In this document: piece by piece, positions 50,388 through 64,000 of the stretch
Numbering within the stretch: position 1 is the first letter of the stretch
Layout of the letters: the number at the start of each line of letters is the position of its first letter
Notes under the pieces: generated by a model
Seen by the model: only the letters and a program-made list of their open reading frames with translations
What the model was told of the DNA's origin: nothing
Databases searched by the model: none
Assembly (NCBI GenBank): GCA_951406725.2
Contig: OX597821.1
Span: forward strand, 114,824,001 to 114,888,000
Source of the DNA: Octopus vulgaris
Lineage: Eukaryota
DNA length: 64,000 nt
Direction: 5' to 3'
Translations under genes and position numbers: made by a program

Positions 50388-52774
50388 GTATCCAAATGCC
50401 AAAATATTTATCATTGAGCTGTCTTTTGGCAGGTTAAAATTATTTGACCCATTCACCTGCTTACAGTAATTTTTCTGTTTAAATTTTCAGTGTTATTGGT
50501 GGTTTAACTAAGAGTTTTAGCTCCTCTTTCTAGCAAGTAGGCACCTTGTGTGTCCTTATGATGGATATAAATTTTAAACTTTAATCTTATAGCTAACTAA
50601 TGCTATTTAAGGCTTACGACCACCTATATTATCGTTGTTGTTATCAACTACTTATAATTACTGCCGATAATAATAACAATAATAATCTTGATAATACTAA
50701 AACTCTAGAGATGTTTGTGTGTACCTGAAATATCTCAGAAACAGTATATTTTATCTTAATTTTTTTTTGCATATTTATTTTCATACTTACCTTCAGCAAT
50801 GCTGTACAAATTTTTGTGATATTGGCGATTCTATTTATTAAACGATTAAACACAATTTTTGTTTGTTATTTCTTGACGGAAATAAAACATCGCTTCTGTG
50901 ACATCAACACATATACAGAATACACACACATATAATGAAAGTCATGGCATGGCAATCAACACAAACACGTCTGCTATCTGTGACATACACACACACATAG
51001 TCTTCATGTTCTCTAAGAAAAAAAAAAGAAAAAATGTCAACTTTTTGACGTACACAATATTTTAATCATTTACAAATATTTTTAACTGAATGTGATTTCA
51101 AAAATGTAAGTTGTTTGTACAGTAAGTATTTATATTTTAGCTTTCTTTAAACAGACAATATTTTAATGGTTTTTTTATATTATTGTCAAGTGAATGGCGA
51201 TCTTTCACTTAACATCCAGAGTTTGTTAACTTCCATAAAAAATTTGTATCTATTTACTTTTGCTTTAAAGTGAAAAAGAGAAGAAAGTGAAAGATGTATG
51301 TGCCTGTATATGAAATGGACGTGTGTGAAAGAGAGAGAGGAAGAGAGGGAGAGAGAAAAAGAGAGTGAGAGAAAGTGAGTGAAGGAGTGTGTTGCCGTGT
51401 GTATGTACATACATCAATACATATGCGTACATCTATTTTGTATGTACGTGTGCATGTGTGTGAGAGAGAGTGTGAGTGAATGTGTGTATTCTCATGTTTG
51501 TGTCAGTGACACTCTCTCACACACACACACACATACATCCATTTCTGTTCATACAGCTTTCACTTTCTCCTCTCTTTCACTTTAAAACATATGTAAATAA
51601 ATAAAAAAATTTTATGGAAATTAACGAACAAAACCAGCTGATCCAGATGACAGTTCTGAGGGTCAAAGCAAAAGATCACCCCAAGAGAATACCATTACAA
51701 AAAATTCTTTGAGTGCATTCAACATATCTCAGCTCCAAAGATTTGGCTATTTCTAGCCTGCCCTGCTACCATGTAACAGCTATTTGCGATAAAGGGCCTA
51801 AAATACCTGTTATGCGGTAGCAGGGTGTGCAAGAAATAGCAGTCAAATCTTTCCTTTTCTGGAGAAAGGAGCCGTTTACGTGTGATTTCGATGTCACATT
51901 CGTTGAAAGCATGCAAAATAACCTGGAAAAGAAAAGAAACCCACGAAACAAAACTCCATTACTGGGAAACTCAGTCTTTCCAGGTGACCCAACGGATCAC
52001 AGGTAGTCTAGTAGATATATGAATATTCACTTCCGAATATTTACTCCTTATATATGTATATATATATAAATAGGCCAACAGCCTGATCTCAAACCAGTTA
52101 CAGTGGAACTTGGTCAGGACCTTTTGTCAGAGACCAGGTCACAGATCATCACCATCATCATTGTTTAATGTCTACTTTCCATACTGGCATGGGTGAGATG
52201 GTTTGACAAGAGCATGAACCAGACTTCTGTAACTGTTTTGGCAGAATTTTTACAGTTGGATGCCCTTCTTAACATCAACCACTCAGCAGAGTGGACTTAG
52301 TGCTTTTTACGTGGCACAAGCACAATAGAGGTCAGTTTTGGCAAGGTTTTTACCCTTGAGGTTCGAACATCATACCATAAGTGGAAGGATATTGTGGAGG
52401 AAGCATGATTAAATGGGGGGGGGGCAGTGAAAACCTGGGTATATATAAAGTCAGGGGGCTACAAGATAAGACAAAGGAACAGAGCTGTGAGGACAGGATT
52501 GGGGATTGAGACCTAGACATAGTATATGAAGGAGGAAATGTGAGGAAGAGATGAGGATTGGTTTGTTGGGGTAGGGTGTGTGAAAAGTTTTCATTACATG
52601 TGGGTGGAACAAACAGGTTGGGTGGGGGAGCTAGCAGAGAGCAATGATACAGTGGCACAAAGCCAAGAGGACAGGATTGGGGAGTAGGAGGTAAGAATAG
52701 TGCATGAAGTGGAAATGTGAAGAAGAGAGATGCAGTTTGGTTTGGTTTGGTAGAGTGGGTGAGAAGTTTTCTAG

Positions 52775-54030
52775 AACTCAGTTTTGTTGATGTGGGTGGG
52801 TCTTCTCACGAACCTCATATTGCCACACATCTCGGTCCATTGTTATTTCCTCCATGAGGCCCAACATCCTGAGATCAGCCCTTACATCTTCATCCCATGT
52901 CTTCCTGGGTCTCCCTCTTCCACAGGTACCATCCACTTTCAGTGATTGGCTCTTCTTTATGCAGCTGTCCTCATTCATACTCATCACATGTCCAAACCAA
53001 TGTAGTCTTCTCTCTTCCATGCTACATTTGATTCTTCTTATGCCCAACTTTTCTCTCAACACATTTGTACTTTGTCCTCTAATGTTGCACATCCAACAGA
53101 GCATACTACCTTCATTTCTCTCCAGTCTACACATGTCTTCTGCATTCAGAGCCCATGTCTCACTACCATGGAGTATAGCCATTTGCACACAAGCATCATA
53201 TAGTCTACCTTTCATTCTGAGAGAGAGTCCTTTTGCTGCCAACAGAGGTAATAGCTCTCTGAACTTCCTCCACCCAATTCTTATTCTAAAAACAATACTT
53301 TCAGAGCATCCTCCACCATTGCTAATTTGGTTACCTAGGTAGCAAAAATTATCTACAACCTCAAGAGAGCCTCCTGGACATTTGATAGAATCGAAGTCCC
53401 TTGTGCTCTTAGTGTTTATTGTTCCTGCACATCTGCAACATACAAAGATGAAGTTATCTGTTAAATCTACCTGTGATTCCAGTGTGACCTCTTATGTGTC
53501 CATAGTTTACACTGGGTGCAGCGAATGGAATTTCTTCCAACTCCTTTCCTACATATTGAGCAGGGCCATTTACCTGAGAGAAAGAGAGTTTTATCTTCTT
53601 TCTTACTAACAACTTCAGTCTTTGCTAGGTTAACTTTGATTCCAGGTTTCATTTCCATACCTGGAATTCCTTCTCCAATTTTGCTAAAGATTCTGCAAAA
53701 TAGGCACCCAGTTTTGAATTCCTCTGTTATGGCCTGGAGGACTATAAAGAGTAAGAATGGACTGAGAACTGAGCCTTGGTGAACCCCTACTTGTATACTA
53801 AATTCATCACTGTATTCGTGGTCAACTCTCACCTTACTGACAGCAACACTGGACAAGGCTTGTACAGCTCTAACAAGCCACTCCTCATCTCCTAACTTTC
53901 TTAAAGACCACCATATAACAGAGTGGTAGAACTCTGTCAAAAGCTTTCTCCAGGTCGACAAAGACTAAGTACAATGGCTTACTTTTGGCCAAGTACTTTT
54001 CCTGTAGCTGTCTCACTAGGAAGATGCCAA
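52775..54030 (-). mobile_element. RTE-clade LINE ORF2 fragment (degenerate)
   Basis: GVHQGSVLSPFL (RT), LHGSETWAL, RLHWFGHV and GRGRPRKTW across frameshifted ORFs. Confidence 0.9.
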
Positions 54031-55011
54031 CAATAATTCTGACACCAAATAATAAATGATCAACTAAGTTAACAGGCTAATCTGTGTCTTCCATGATGTA
54101 ATTGCTGTTTATATATTTAATTAACGAGAAGATGAATTTGGTATTAAACTTTATTCTGTATATATATATATATTATATATATATATATATATATACATTT
54201 AGCTAAATACAGTGAACTCAAATCTTTTACAATCACAATCCCTTTCAATTAAATTTTATTCACATTTCAAAAAAAAAAAAATGGCAAAAATCAATTTCTT
54301 GTGTATTCAAACAGAATGCAAGTAAAATACAAAAAATTTTTAAAAAACAGTGAATAGCAAATATATTGGATTGAAATGTAATGAAAAGTTGATTCGTTAC
54401 AAAAGCAATTACACAATACGGCTAAGAACTACGTAAAACAACCCAGATTCTTTATTTTGTTTGTTTAATTTATATATTCTATTTTACAGTGTAAACAGAA
54501 AGAAAATTACACATCAAAGATCATAATTACTACTGTGATTTTCTTACGACCTCTGTTTATACAACTGCTGATTTCTCAATGAAAAATAATTAAACTCACC
54601 ACCACCACCAACATCTTTTAAAACAAGAAAGCCTCAAACTTCTAGAAATAGCAGTCAAGTTCCCACAGCTCACATCCCATGATATACAGGTGTAGATACA
54701 TAGTCAACCTTGACTATTGAAAACCTATACAGATATATATATATATATATACATACACACATTCACACACACATTTATGTATGCACACACATGCACATGT
54801 GCATACATACACATCATCATCATTATCTTCATTTAACATCCGTTTTCCATGCTGGAATGGGTTGGACAGTTTCACAGGAACTAGCATGACTGGGAGCCAT
54901 GTCTGTTTTGGCATGGTTTTTTACACTTCCTAATACCAACCACTTTACAAAGTGTACTGGATGCTTTTTACATGGCATCAGCATCAACAGAATGTGTAAG
55001 TATGTATGTAA

Positions 55012-55053
<42 letters not shown>

Positions 55054-55320
55054 TTTTATTTGTTTCAGTCATTTGACTGCAGCCATGCTGGAGCACAGCT
55101 TTTTAGTTGAACAAATCGATCCCTGGACTTATTCTTTGTAAGCCTAGTACATTCTATCGGTCATTACATTCCAAGTCCAAATTCCACCAAGGTCAACTTT
55201 GCCTTTCATCCTTTCGGGGTTGACTAAATAAGTACCAGTTATGCACTGGGGTTGATGTAATCAACTTAATCCCGTTGTCTGTCCTTGTTTGTCCCCTCTA
55301 TGTTTAGCACCCTGTGGGCA

Positions 55321-55354
<34 letters not shown>

Positions 55355-57481
55355 CAGAATAGTTATTCAAGTAAAAAGCCTGGCATTATAGAGCAATGAA
55401 CCATTTCTATAAATAATAAGTAGAAGCTAAAACAATACTTTAAAATATAAAAATAAATTTAGAAAGTATCAAAGCTAAGAACTTACAACCATTAATACAG
55501 CAGCTTTGAAGAAATTATTGAGCATTTGCTAGAGTTTATAGTCTATTTAAACTGCTGTAAACCATAACACGGAAAAGCAAAGGTAGCGAGATGTTGCCGT
55601 TGGGGTAAGAATAAAGTCTACCAAACTCTGATGAGTTTGGATTCTGCATATCCTAACACGCATTAAATGAAGGCATAATGAAAGGTACTGTGAAGTAAAT
55701 AGGTGTAATAATAGAGATTAGCTTGTGATGGAGGGAGAGTGGTTTTGGCAGAGATACAGAAAAAGAAATGTGTGTGTGTGTATCAGCTGTTAAAACATGG
55801 GCTTCGCTTAACTGCTGTAAATATAGTGGTGTATTATTATTATTGGTAAGAAGTGAACATGGGAAGAATAAAAGACTAGTGATGGGGAGAGAGAGCGATG
55901 GAGGAGGAAATAAGGGACTGAGAGGCAGTTGAGAGGCATGTTTATAATATGTACTGAATGAGGCGATAAAACACAAAGCTAATCTGCAACTAAGCTAAAG
56001 GAGAGAAAATGAAATATTTAGAATAACAGGGAGGTACACAATAACAATTTAAATGTCAATGTGCACAAGGACAGCTTCAGAAACAATGTGATGGGGCAGA
56101 ATATGCTTTGAAAAGACTTTTTGGTGATAAGAGCAAAAACATGCTTGAGTTTTCTTTATAGGGTGTATGTTAGGTTGGGTTATGAAGGAATTTATTTTAT
56201 GCATATGTTGGGAGAATAGGAAAATCAGCAAAATTTTTTTTAAATGTAAAGTGTTGTGGTTGTGTGGAACCACATGGTTCCAGGTTCAATCTCACAATTT
56301 GGCATCTTGGGCAGGTGTCTTCTATAGCAGCCTCAGGCACTGACTAAAGCCTTGCAAGTGGATCTGAGAGATGGAAACTGAAAGAAGCCCACTGTGTATG
56401 TGTCTTTGTTTGTCACCCAACACCACTTGACCAACAGGTGTAGGTTTTTTTTACACCCCATAACTTAGTGATTCAGCAAAAAGGGTCTGACAGAATAATA
56501 CCAGGCTAAAAAAAAAGAAATAAGTACTGGGGTTGATTTGTTCGACTAGAATTCTTCAAGGCGGTGCCCCAGCATGGCCACAGTCTAATGACTGAAACAA
56601 AAAATAAAAACTGAAGCCTAACAGCCATTGGTGAAAAGAAACTGACAAACTTCTTTGGGGTCACTAGAGTTAAAGGGCTAGAGGAAACTTAACTATCTGT
56701 CCAAAAACCAACTATTTCATCAAGGAATTCTTTAAGACAAAAGAGATGGGAAGGAAATCTGCCTAAGTGAGGTTTCAAAGAATTGCTCCAGTTGAGATAT
56801 TTAGTTCTAGGAATAATCTAAGAGAAGAGACCTAAGTAAGGAGATAAATCATTTTGATTGGCGTTGGAGGACAACAGACTTGGTTTTATTCGATATCAGA
56901 AGAATTTGATGCCCATAAGTAAATAAATTTGACTTTTTCAGAAAAAGAGATTGAAAGTGTTGCATGAGAAGATAAATTAGGATTATCTTCACTTTCTACA
57001 AAATATTGGTACACAGTACCATTATAAAGTGTTAGTAGGGTCAAAACCATTTTTCTAGGTAGTATGGTTATAAGTTCCATGATTCCATATTCTCCCATTT
57101 GGTTCTCCAGGAAATGGGAAATATTGAATTTGAAAAGCTTCGTTAAACAGAAACTAATTTTAATTGCTGATATTTGAGCCGAGAGGTGACAAAATTGATG
57201 CTTAAGAACACTGTAAAGTATTGAAAGAGTGAGAGGAGGGTGGAATGTTGAGTCGGGTGGGGGTGGGTGGGTGCAATTTATGAAGAGACGGTCTTAGCAG
57301 CAGCAGTGTTGCTGGCTGCCAAATAGATTAAGACTGAGTCTCATTGGATTAATGAGAATTAAAAATTAAATCCAGTAGATGACTGAAAAATACTTAATAA
57401 GGAGCAAAATAATAATAATAATAATCAGGTAATTTTTAGATCACTTCCAGTAACTATGGTGTGAAGACCTAAGTACACGAT

Positions 57482-57516
<35 letters not shown>

Positions 57517-57786
57517 GGAGAGATATCATCATCTTCATCATTATTTAATGTCCATTTTCCATGCTGGCATGGTTTGACAGGATCCAGTGAACCATAGTCC
57601 TGCATTGTGTTCCATGAGAGCTTTGACATAGTTTCTATGCCTGAATGCCCTTCTTAATGCCAACCACTTCACACTGTGTACTGGATACATTTTTTGTGCC
57701 ACCAATATTACACACACACACACACACACATGCTACATGAGGTTTGTAGTATGAGCTAATGATTAAGATTTCAAGTAACTCCATAC

Positions 57787-58193
57787 ATCATCATCATCAT
57801 CCATCCATCATTTTGAATCTGGGTTTTGTCCCCATTAACGGAAGTGGCTAGATCTACCTCAATGCCATAGCAACCACTCTCACACCATCTTGCCATCTTG
57901 CCCAGTTTTGGGTGTCCTCCCTTCTCAAGCCAACCCTCCCAATCTCCTCCTCCACCTTTTCCTCAGTCTACCTCGCTTTCGCTGTCCATTTACCTCAAAC
58001 TCTAGCACCCTCCTCAGAACATGCTCCTCGTCCCTCCTCAACACATGCCCATATCACCACACTCCATTTGCTCTTGCCACTGATTCCTCTAACCCCAGTA
58101 TCCCCATCAAGTCCTCAGTCCTCCTCTTATTATCAAACAGCCTCACATCACACATTTCTCTCACCATTGCTCTCTCGGTCCTTCTCAAAATTG

Positions 58194-58197
<4 letters not shown>
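57787..58197 (-). mobile_element. RTE-clade LINE 3' fragment
   Basis: Minus strand encodes YGHVLRRDEEHVLRRVLEFEVNGQRKRGR, followed by a 3' UTR and (GAT)n tail. Confidence 0.75.
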
Positions 58198-58236
<39 letters not shown>

Positions 58237-61200
58237 ACACAGTGGAAATTAAATATTCATCACCATAATTCATAGACATGCAACATTTGTTGAGTTGTAA
58301 ATGAAATCAACAAAGGCTTAAATACAAAATTTTCCCACAGAATATCAAGCTTTACAAGACGTTAGACATCAACATCATTTAATGTCCATTTGCCATGTTA
58401 GTATGGGTTGGACAGTTTGACAGAAGCTGGTAAGGCTGGAGACTGCACCAAGCTGAAATGTCAGTTTTGGCATGGCCCCCAACAGCTTGATGCCCTTCCT
58501 AACATCAACTACGTTTTGGTGTGTACTGGGTGCATTTCTCATGTCACCAGCACTAGCGAGGTTACCAAGACAGAAAAAGAGCAAACACTAAGTTTCAGCA
58601 AGGCTTGAACTCGGGGCCTTCTGCTTCTGAAACGGGTGTAATAACAAAGATACCAATGGCATTTTAAATGTGACATCTTTGTTTGGCTTAAAATGTCTCA
58701 ATCCTTACAGACAGAACTAGATAACAGAATTTCCAGTGAAAAGCAATTTTTAAGACTTAAATTCATTTATGCCAAGAACATGTTAATTAGGAAATCACAT
58801 GGATCCCTTTTAATACACTTATCCATGTGAATGTGTATGTATATGTGTATATATATACATATATAAACGGTCTGCAGCCGTCTACTCAACACCTGCAGCT
58901 GTCTATTCAATCTCTGACAAGATTTGACTTCCAAGTAATTAAAAATTTTTTTAATTAATTTTCTGAAGGTCTTCAATTGAATCAGCTGTAAAATGTTGGT
59001 CAATTTTCTAATTAATAAATGATAATTTATTAATTATCTCTCTATTTTCTTATCTTATTTTTTACAGACAGTTAGAGACAGACAGACTGACATATATATA
59101 TATATATATATATATACATACATACAAAATTTTGAATTTGGTTCACGGATCCCCAGTACCCCCTTTGTGGACCACCAAGAGTCCACAGACCTCAGGTTGG
59201 AAACCACTGGTCTATAGAATGCTTAGGGACACGCCATACAATTGACACAAAACAGCAGGCAATTACCAAATCCTTTTTTCTGATGGAAGTCTAAAATGCA
59301 ATTAAAGAAATCAGATTGTCTCTTATTTGGCACCAATCCTGGTTTTCTATAGCCAAACAATAGAATCACTCATAACCAGTAAGGTTCACTCCTATCAACT
59401 GTGTAGCAAGTGCTTGCAACTAGGTGTGTGGGGGGTGCAATGATTGTGAATGAGATGCATTGTCTGACAAGCAATGTTGTTTATTTCTTGTCTTCTGTGA
59501 AAAACATGTCTGGGCATGAAGAAACATTACCTTGCTTGGAAAGAAGTGAAAGATGTTAAGATGAAGGGCACTGGTCACGGAAAATCAGGCTCAACAAATT
59601 CTGCCTGACTCATACAAGCACAAAAAGTGGATGTTAAATGAGGATAATGACAAGGGAAATGATGGAATTGAAAACAATGTATTGTAATGTACAAACTATA
59701 TAGATTCTGACGAATATTTCCACATGTCCTATATAGCAAGGAGTTATCAACTGTTCAGAGTCCATGTATCAACAGAGAGATACCTTAGTCTCTAGCTTAC
59801 AAGACAATGTCACTTGAAAGATATCTGAGAAAACAAGGTACAAATTGAGTCGTTTTACTTCTCATTTCATGTTATCAAACTTAATTTTTTAGACCCCACT
59901 GCCCTACTATACAAGAGAGAAATATTGTGAATGGTGAAAAATGATTTCAACAATAAAGTCCACCGTCCTCTCCGTCTTTCTCTCTCTCTTACCATAATCC
60001 ATCTCCAGGATTATCCATCATCTGCTCTCTCTCTTTCTCTTTCTCAAACATGCATCTACCATTACTGTTTCTCTTCTATTACCCTCTGTCACTACCATCT
60101 CTCTTCCATTTGCCCTTCCAGCACAGTCTCCTCCGTTTCTTACTCCTCCCCCACCACCACGTCACTCCAATCCATATTGGCTTCTTTCATCTTGGTGCAT
60201 TTCCTGTCATCTCCCTTTCTTCTAGCCCCTACTTTTGGTCACACTGTCTTGAATAAATGAAGAACCTGTGGAATAATGAGGACTCTTAAGCCTTATAGGG
60301 TAACAGGCAACATCAATAGTGCTGGTGCTAAGATTAAATGTATCCCATTCTATCTATAAAGTGATCAGGTTTAAGAAGGATACCCAGCTATCGAAACCAA
60401 GCCCAAAATTGAAGGTATGAGTAGGATTTGGCCATCTAGCCTATCAATGAGAGCATTAACTCCAAACAGAATTTGGAACATAATAAACCATCCTACCTGT
60501 GCTAGTATGGAAAACAGTACAGTGGCAGCTTCCTAAAAATTATGGATTTTGTATCCAGAGAGACACAAGGCATGGTTGTGTGGTCAGGAAGTATATTTCC
60601 TGAGTTTCATTTTCCATACAGAATGTGCGACTCTTTGTTTACTCATCTTCGGTACTCTACATATTTTCTTTTAATACATTTTAATTACTGTGCTATTTAG
60701 TGCGGTACTGTACTCTGTTTCCATTTATTAATTTTTAGGCCTGAAAATGCTTATTTTACAACAGAAATAATTAAGATCTGAAAAAATATAAATTCCTATC
60801 GGCCACAGAAACCCGCGATATAAATTTACATATATTAGCAAGAAGAATCCATGCTGTACTGAGGGTGTGATAGGTGAACCGCGATATGGTCAGTGATTAC
60901 TGTAGTGGGTAAATTAAAGTAATGAAGGAGCCTTTAGTATAATTATGAAAATCTGACATCTCTTAACCCTTTGAACATGGAAAGTTGATACATTCACTCA
61001 AAATATTATTATCATTAACTGCTGAAAGCAATTTCACTCTGCAGCCTTGAAAAAAACCTCTCCTTATGTCGTATGAAGAGGAGTCGTCTGCAGTGACACT
61101 TCTTACACAAAATTTTTCAGATTTTCTTAAAAGTCTTTTTTTACATATTTCATCAAATATCTGTTTACAAAGCAAGAATCAAATTCTTTTAGTGGTGGAG

Positions 61201-61801
61201 ACGAAAGCTGAACCAAAAGGAGATACAAGAAAAAAGTATTTTACATCTTTACAGGAACAACCATTACACACACACACACACACACAAGTAGGTGATCGAC
61301 CAGACTATAGGATGTTGTCATACATCACTCGTTACAATACACTTTACACTGTCTCACCTTTTTAATAATGCCACCCCCACTGGCAAGACAAGCAGGCCAA
61401 CATCCCCATCTGACCAGAAAGCTACTTTGTCACAGGGTGCGCCCACTTACAGCTGAGTGGACTGGAGCAATGTGAAAGGAAGCATCTTGCTCAAGAACAC
61501 AAAATGTCACTCACTCCAAGACTTGAACCCATCATCTAGCAATCCTGAGTGCAACACTCTAACCACTAGGCCACGTGCCTTCACACACACAGTTTAAATA
61601 CCAGCAAGCATTACAGAAACTAAATCTGTGTATCTGATTTCGAAAAATAAAACAAAAAACAGATCTTTTTGTCTCCTTTCAATAATCCAGTTGGAGAGAT
61701 GAAAAGTTCAATGAAAGGAATGTCATGTGATGACTAATCAATGATAATCTTAAGAAACATTAATTTACAAAAGAACCTTAACCTCTCTCTCTCTTACTCT
61801 C

Positions 61802-62020
61802 TAGACAGACAGATGGACATAGACAGACAGTCAGACCGACATAGATAGATAGATAGACAGGCAGACAGACAGACAGAGATAGACAGACAGACAGACATAA
61901 ACAGATAGACAGATAGACATAGACAGATAGAGAGACAGACAGACATAGATAGACAGACAGACATAAATAGACAGACAGACATAGATAGATTGACAGACAT
62001 AGATAGACTGACAGACAGAC

Positions 62021-62093
<73 letters not shown>

Positions 62094-62160
62094 GAGAGAC
62101 AGAGATATCTAGATAGATATAGATAGAGAGATGGACAGACGGACAGACAGACAGATGTAT
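61802..62160. repeat. (GACA)n/(GATA)n tetranucleotide array
   Basis: Direct inspection. Confidence 0.95.
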
Positions 62161-62987
62161 ATATATCTTAAAGAAGCTAAGGAATTTTCTTTTTTGCCAA
62201 GCAATTATCAAACAAACTCATAAGAAACACATGCTTATTTTGCAACGTAGTGAGCTGGTTTTATCAGATATAGATAGATAATCTGTAATCCTGCTTAACA
62301 CCATCATCTGGCCCTTGGATACCTCTATCAAGGTCCATTTTTTAGCAAGATGCTTCTTTTCCTTCTCTGACTAAACACTAATGTAAAGTTTTTTCTAATT
62401 AAAAAAAACTCCTCGTTAAGGAACTTATAAGAGCTAACCTGATATTATTTTGTAAAATCTGTAAATCATAACATTTTGAAAGAATCAGTAACAGACTTAA
62501 ACATAAACCTGACAGATGTGTAAGTGTGGCTGTGTGGATAAGGAGCTTGCTTTCCAGCCATGTGGTTTCAGGTTCAATCTCACTGTGCAGCATCTTCGGC
62601 AAGTGTCTATTGCCCTAGGCCAGTCAAAGCCTTGTGAGTGGATTTGGTTGACAGAAACTGAAAGAAGCCCATTATATGTGTATGTATGTCTTTGTGTTTG
62701 TCCCCCATTACTACTTGACAACTGGTGTTGGTTTGTTAACGTCCCCGTAACTTCACAGTCTAGCAAAAGAGATTGATAGAATACCAGGCTTACAAAAATA
62801 AGAACTGGGGTCAATTTGTTTGGTCATGATTGGGCACTGCTTTGAAGAATTTAGTCACTGTCCTAAGACTGAAACTTGTACAAGATAGAAAATAAATTAC
62901 AACCAAAAACTAATGATGTCTAATTAAAAATATTAACGAGTCAATGTAGGGAAAAGGGAGTAGACAACAAAATTCAAACTCAATTAC

Positions 62988-63039
62988 CTTCATCTTCTTC
63001 AAAGTCATCTAAAACTTTATCCAGATCAACGATATCCAT
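62988..63039 (-). CDS. ZFYVE9: SARA/endofin-family FYVE protein, first coding exon (MDIVDLDKVLDDFEEDE + 1 nt)
   Basis: Minus strand reads ttttgttatttcag|ATCATACCAGCATCTAAG ATG GAT ATC GTT GAT CTG GAT AAA GTT TTA GAT GAC TTT GAA GAA GAT GAA G|gtaattg. Resembles the conserved N-terminal LDK(V/L)LD(D/E)FE motif of ZFYVE9/ZFYVE16. Exon spans 63057-62988 with 18 nt of UTR; ends in phase 1, matching the next exon. Confidence 0.88.
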
Positions 63040-64000
63040 CTTAGATGCTGGTATGATCTGAAATAACAAAAAGGCAAAACGTTTTTACTTCAAAGCATTC
63101 AATGGTATTTTGACAAGCAGAAAAATGTCAGCATTTCTGTTTACAATGATTAGCCTCGGCTGGACTTTTTTAAGCTGACTAAAACTAGGCCTCTGTTATT
63201 ATCACAGTCAAAACAATAGAGCTATAAAACTGGTTAAAAGTTTATCAATCAATAATTAATACATCTCATTAAATCAGACTTTCAAATCAAAGACTCTAGC
63301 TGACCTCGAGTTGACAGCTGGAAATTACATTTAAAATGATCTCTTCCTTTCAACCAGAATAAATAAGAAATAATGTTGTGCTTTTCTCTAAATTTAAAAA
63401 GAAACTTAATATTTATAATAATAATTCTTTCCAATAGGTGTAGGGGTGTATTTGTGTTCAACATATAGGCACAGATGTGGCTGTGCGATAATAAGTTTGC
63501 TTTCCAACCGCATGGTTTTAGGTTCAGTCCCACTGCATGGCACTGTGAGTATCTTCTACTATATAGCTTCAGGCTGACCAAAACCCTGGGAGTGGATTTG
63601 GCAGACGGAAGCTGAAAGAAGTCTATTGTTATACGATGTGTGTGTGTTTGTCCTCCCACTACATGACAACTGGTATTGGTGTGTTCGGGTCCCTGTAACC
63701 TAGCAGTTCAGCAAAAGAGTTTGGTATAATAAATACTTGGCTTAAAAATAAGTAGTGGGGCCGATTCATTCAACTAAAAATTCTTCAAGGCAGTGCCCTA
63801 GCATGGCCACAGCCTAATGTTGGAAACAAGTAAAAGATAAAAGATAACATTGGAACAAGACCTGAAATCTGAGAGAGAAGAATAAGTCAATTACATCAAC
63901 CCTAGTACTTGATCGGTACTTTATTTCATTAGCCCTGAAAGGATAAAAGGCAGAATTGGCCATGGTGAGATTTGAACTCCAAAAGTAAAGAGCTGGAAGT

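Noticed and set aside
55621-55640. CTGATGA inside the hairpin ccaaactc-tgat-gagtttgg
   Set aside because: No stem II or GAAA follows; an isolated short hairpin.
56620-57340. Possible decayed retroelement ORF
   Set aside because: No diagnostic motif recognised by eye.

Overview
AT-rich, microsatellite- and SINE-dense animal DNA; the repeat families suggest an octopus (inference). The window lies inside one minus-strand gene, a SARA/endofin-family (ZFYVE9/ZFYVE16) FYVE protein. Four coding exons join in phase with GT..AG boundaries: 63039-62988 (MDIVDLDKVLDDFEEDE), 26959-24599 (2361-nt low-complexity exon), 4979-4618 (polyQ plus first half of FYVE) and 2662-2563 (second half of FYVE). The 5' UTR exon and the 3' exons were not found and probably lie outside the window. 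The introns hold tRNA-derived SINEs, RTE and CR1 LINE fragments, a Tc1/mariner relic, MITEs and a probable solo LTR. The most notable unannotated signal is a set of minimal type I hammerhead ribozyme motifs from at least five distinct sequence contexts. They sit beside microsatellites or inside long inverted/permuted repeats; two carry a compensatory U3-A8 core, and a decayed Penelope-like ORF is present. This points to Penelope pseudo-LTR or retrozyme-type elements. Also noted: a decayed intronic copy of part of the FYVE exon and a JIP1-like JNK-docking motif in the protein. All calls are by eye; no searches or folding were run.
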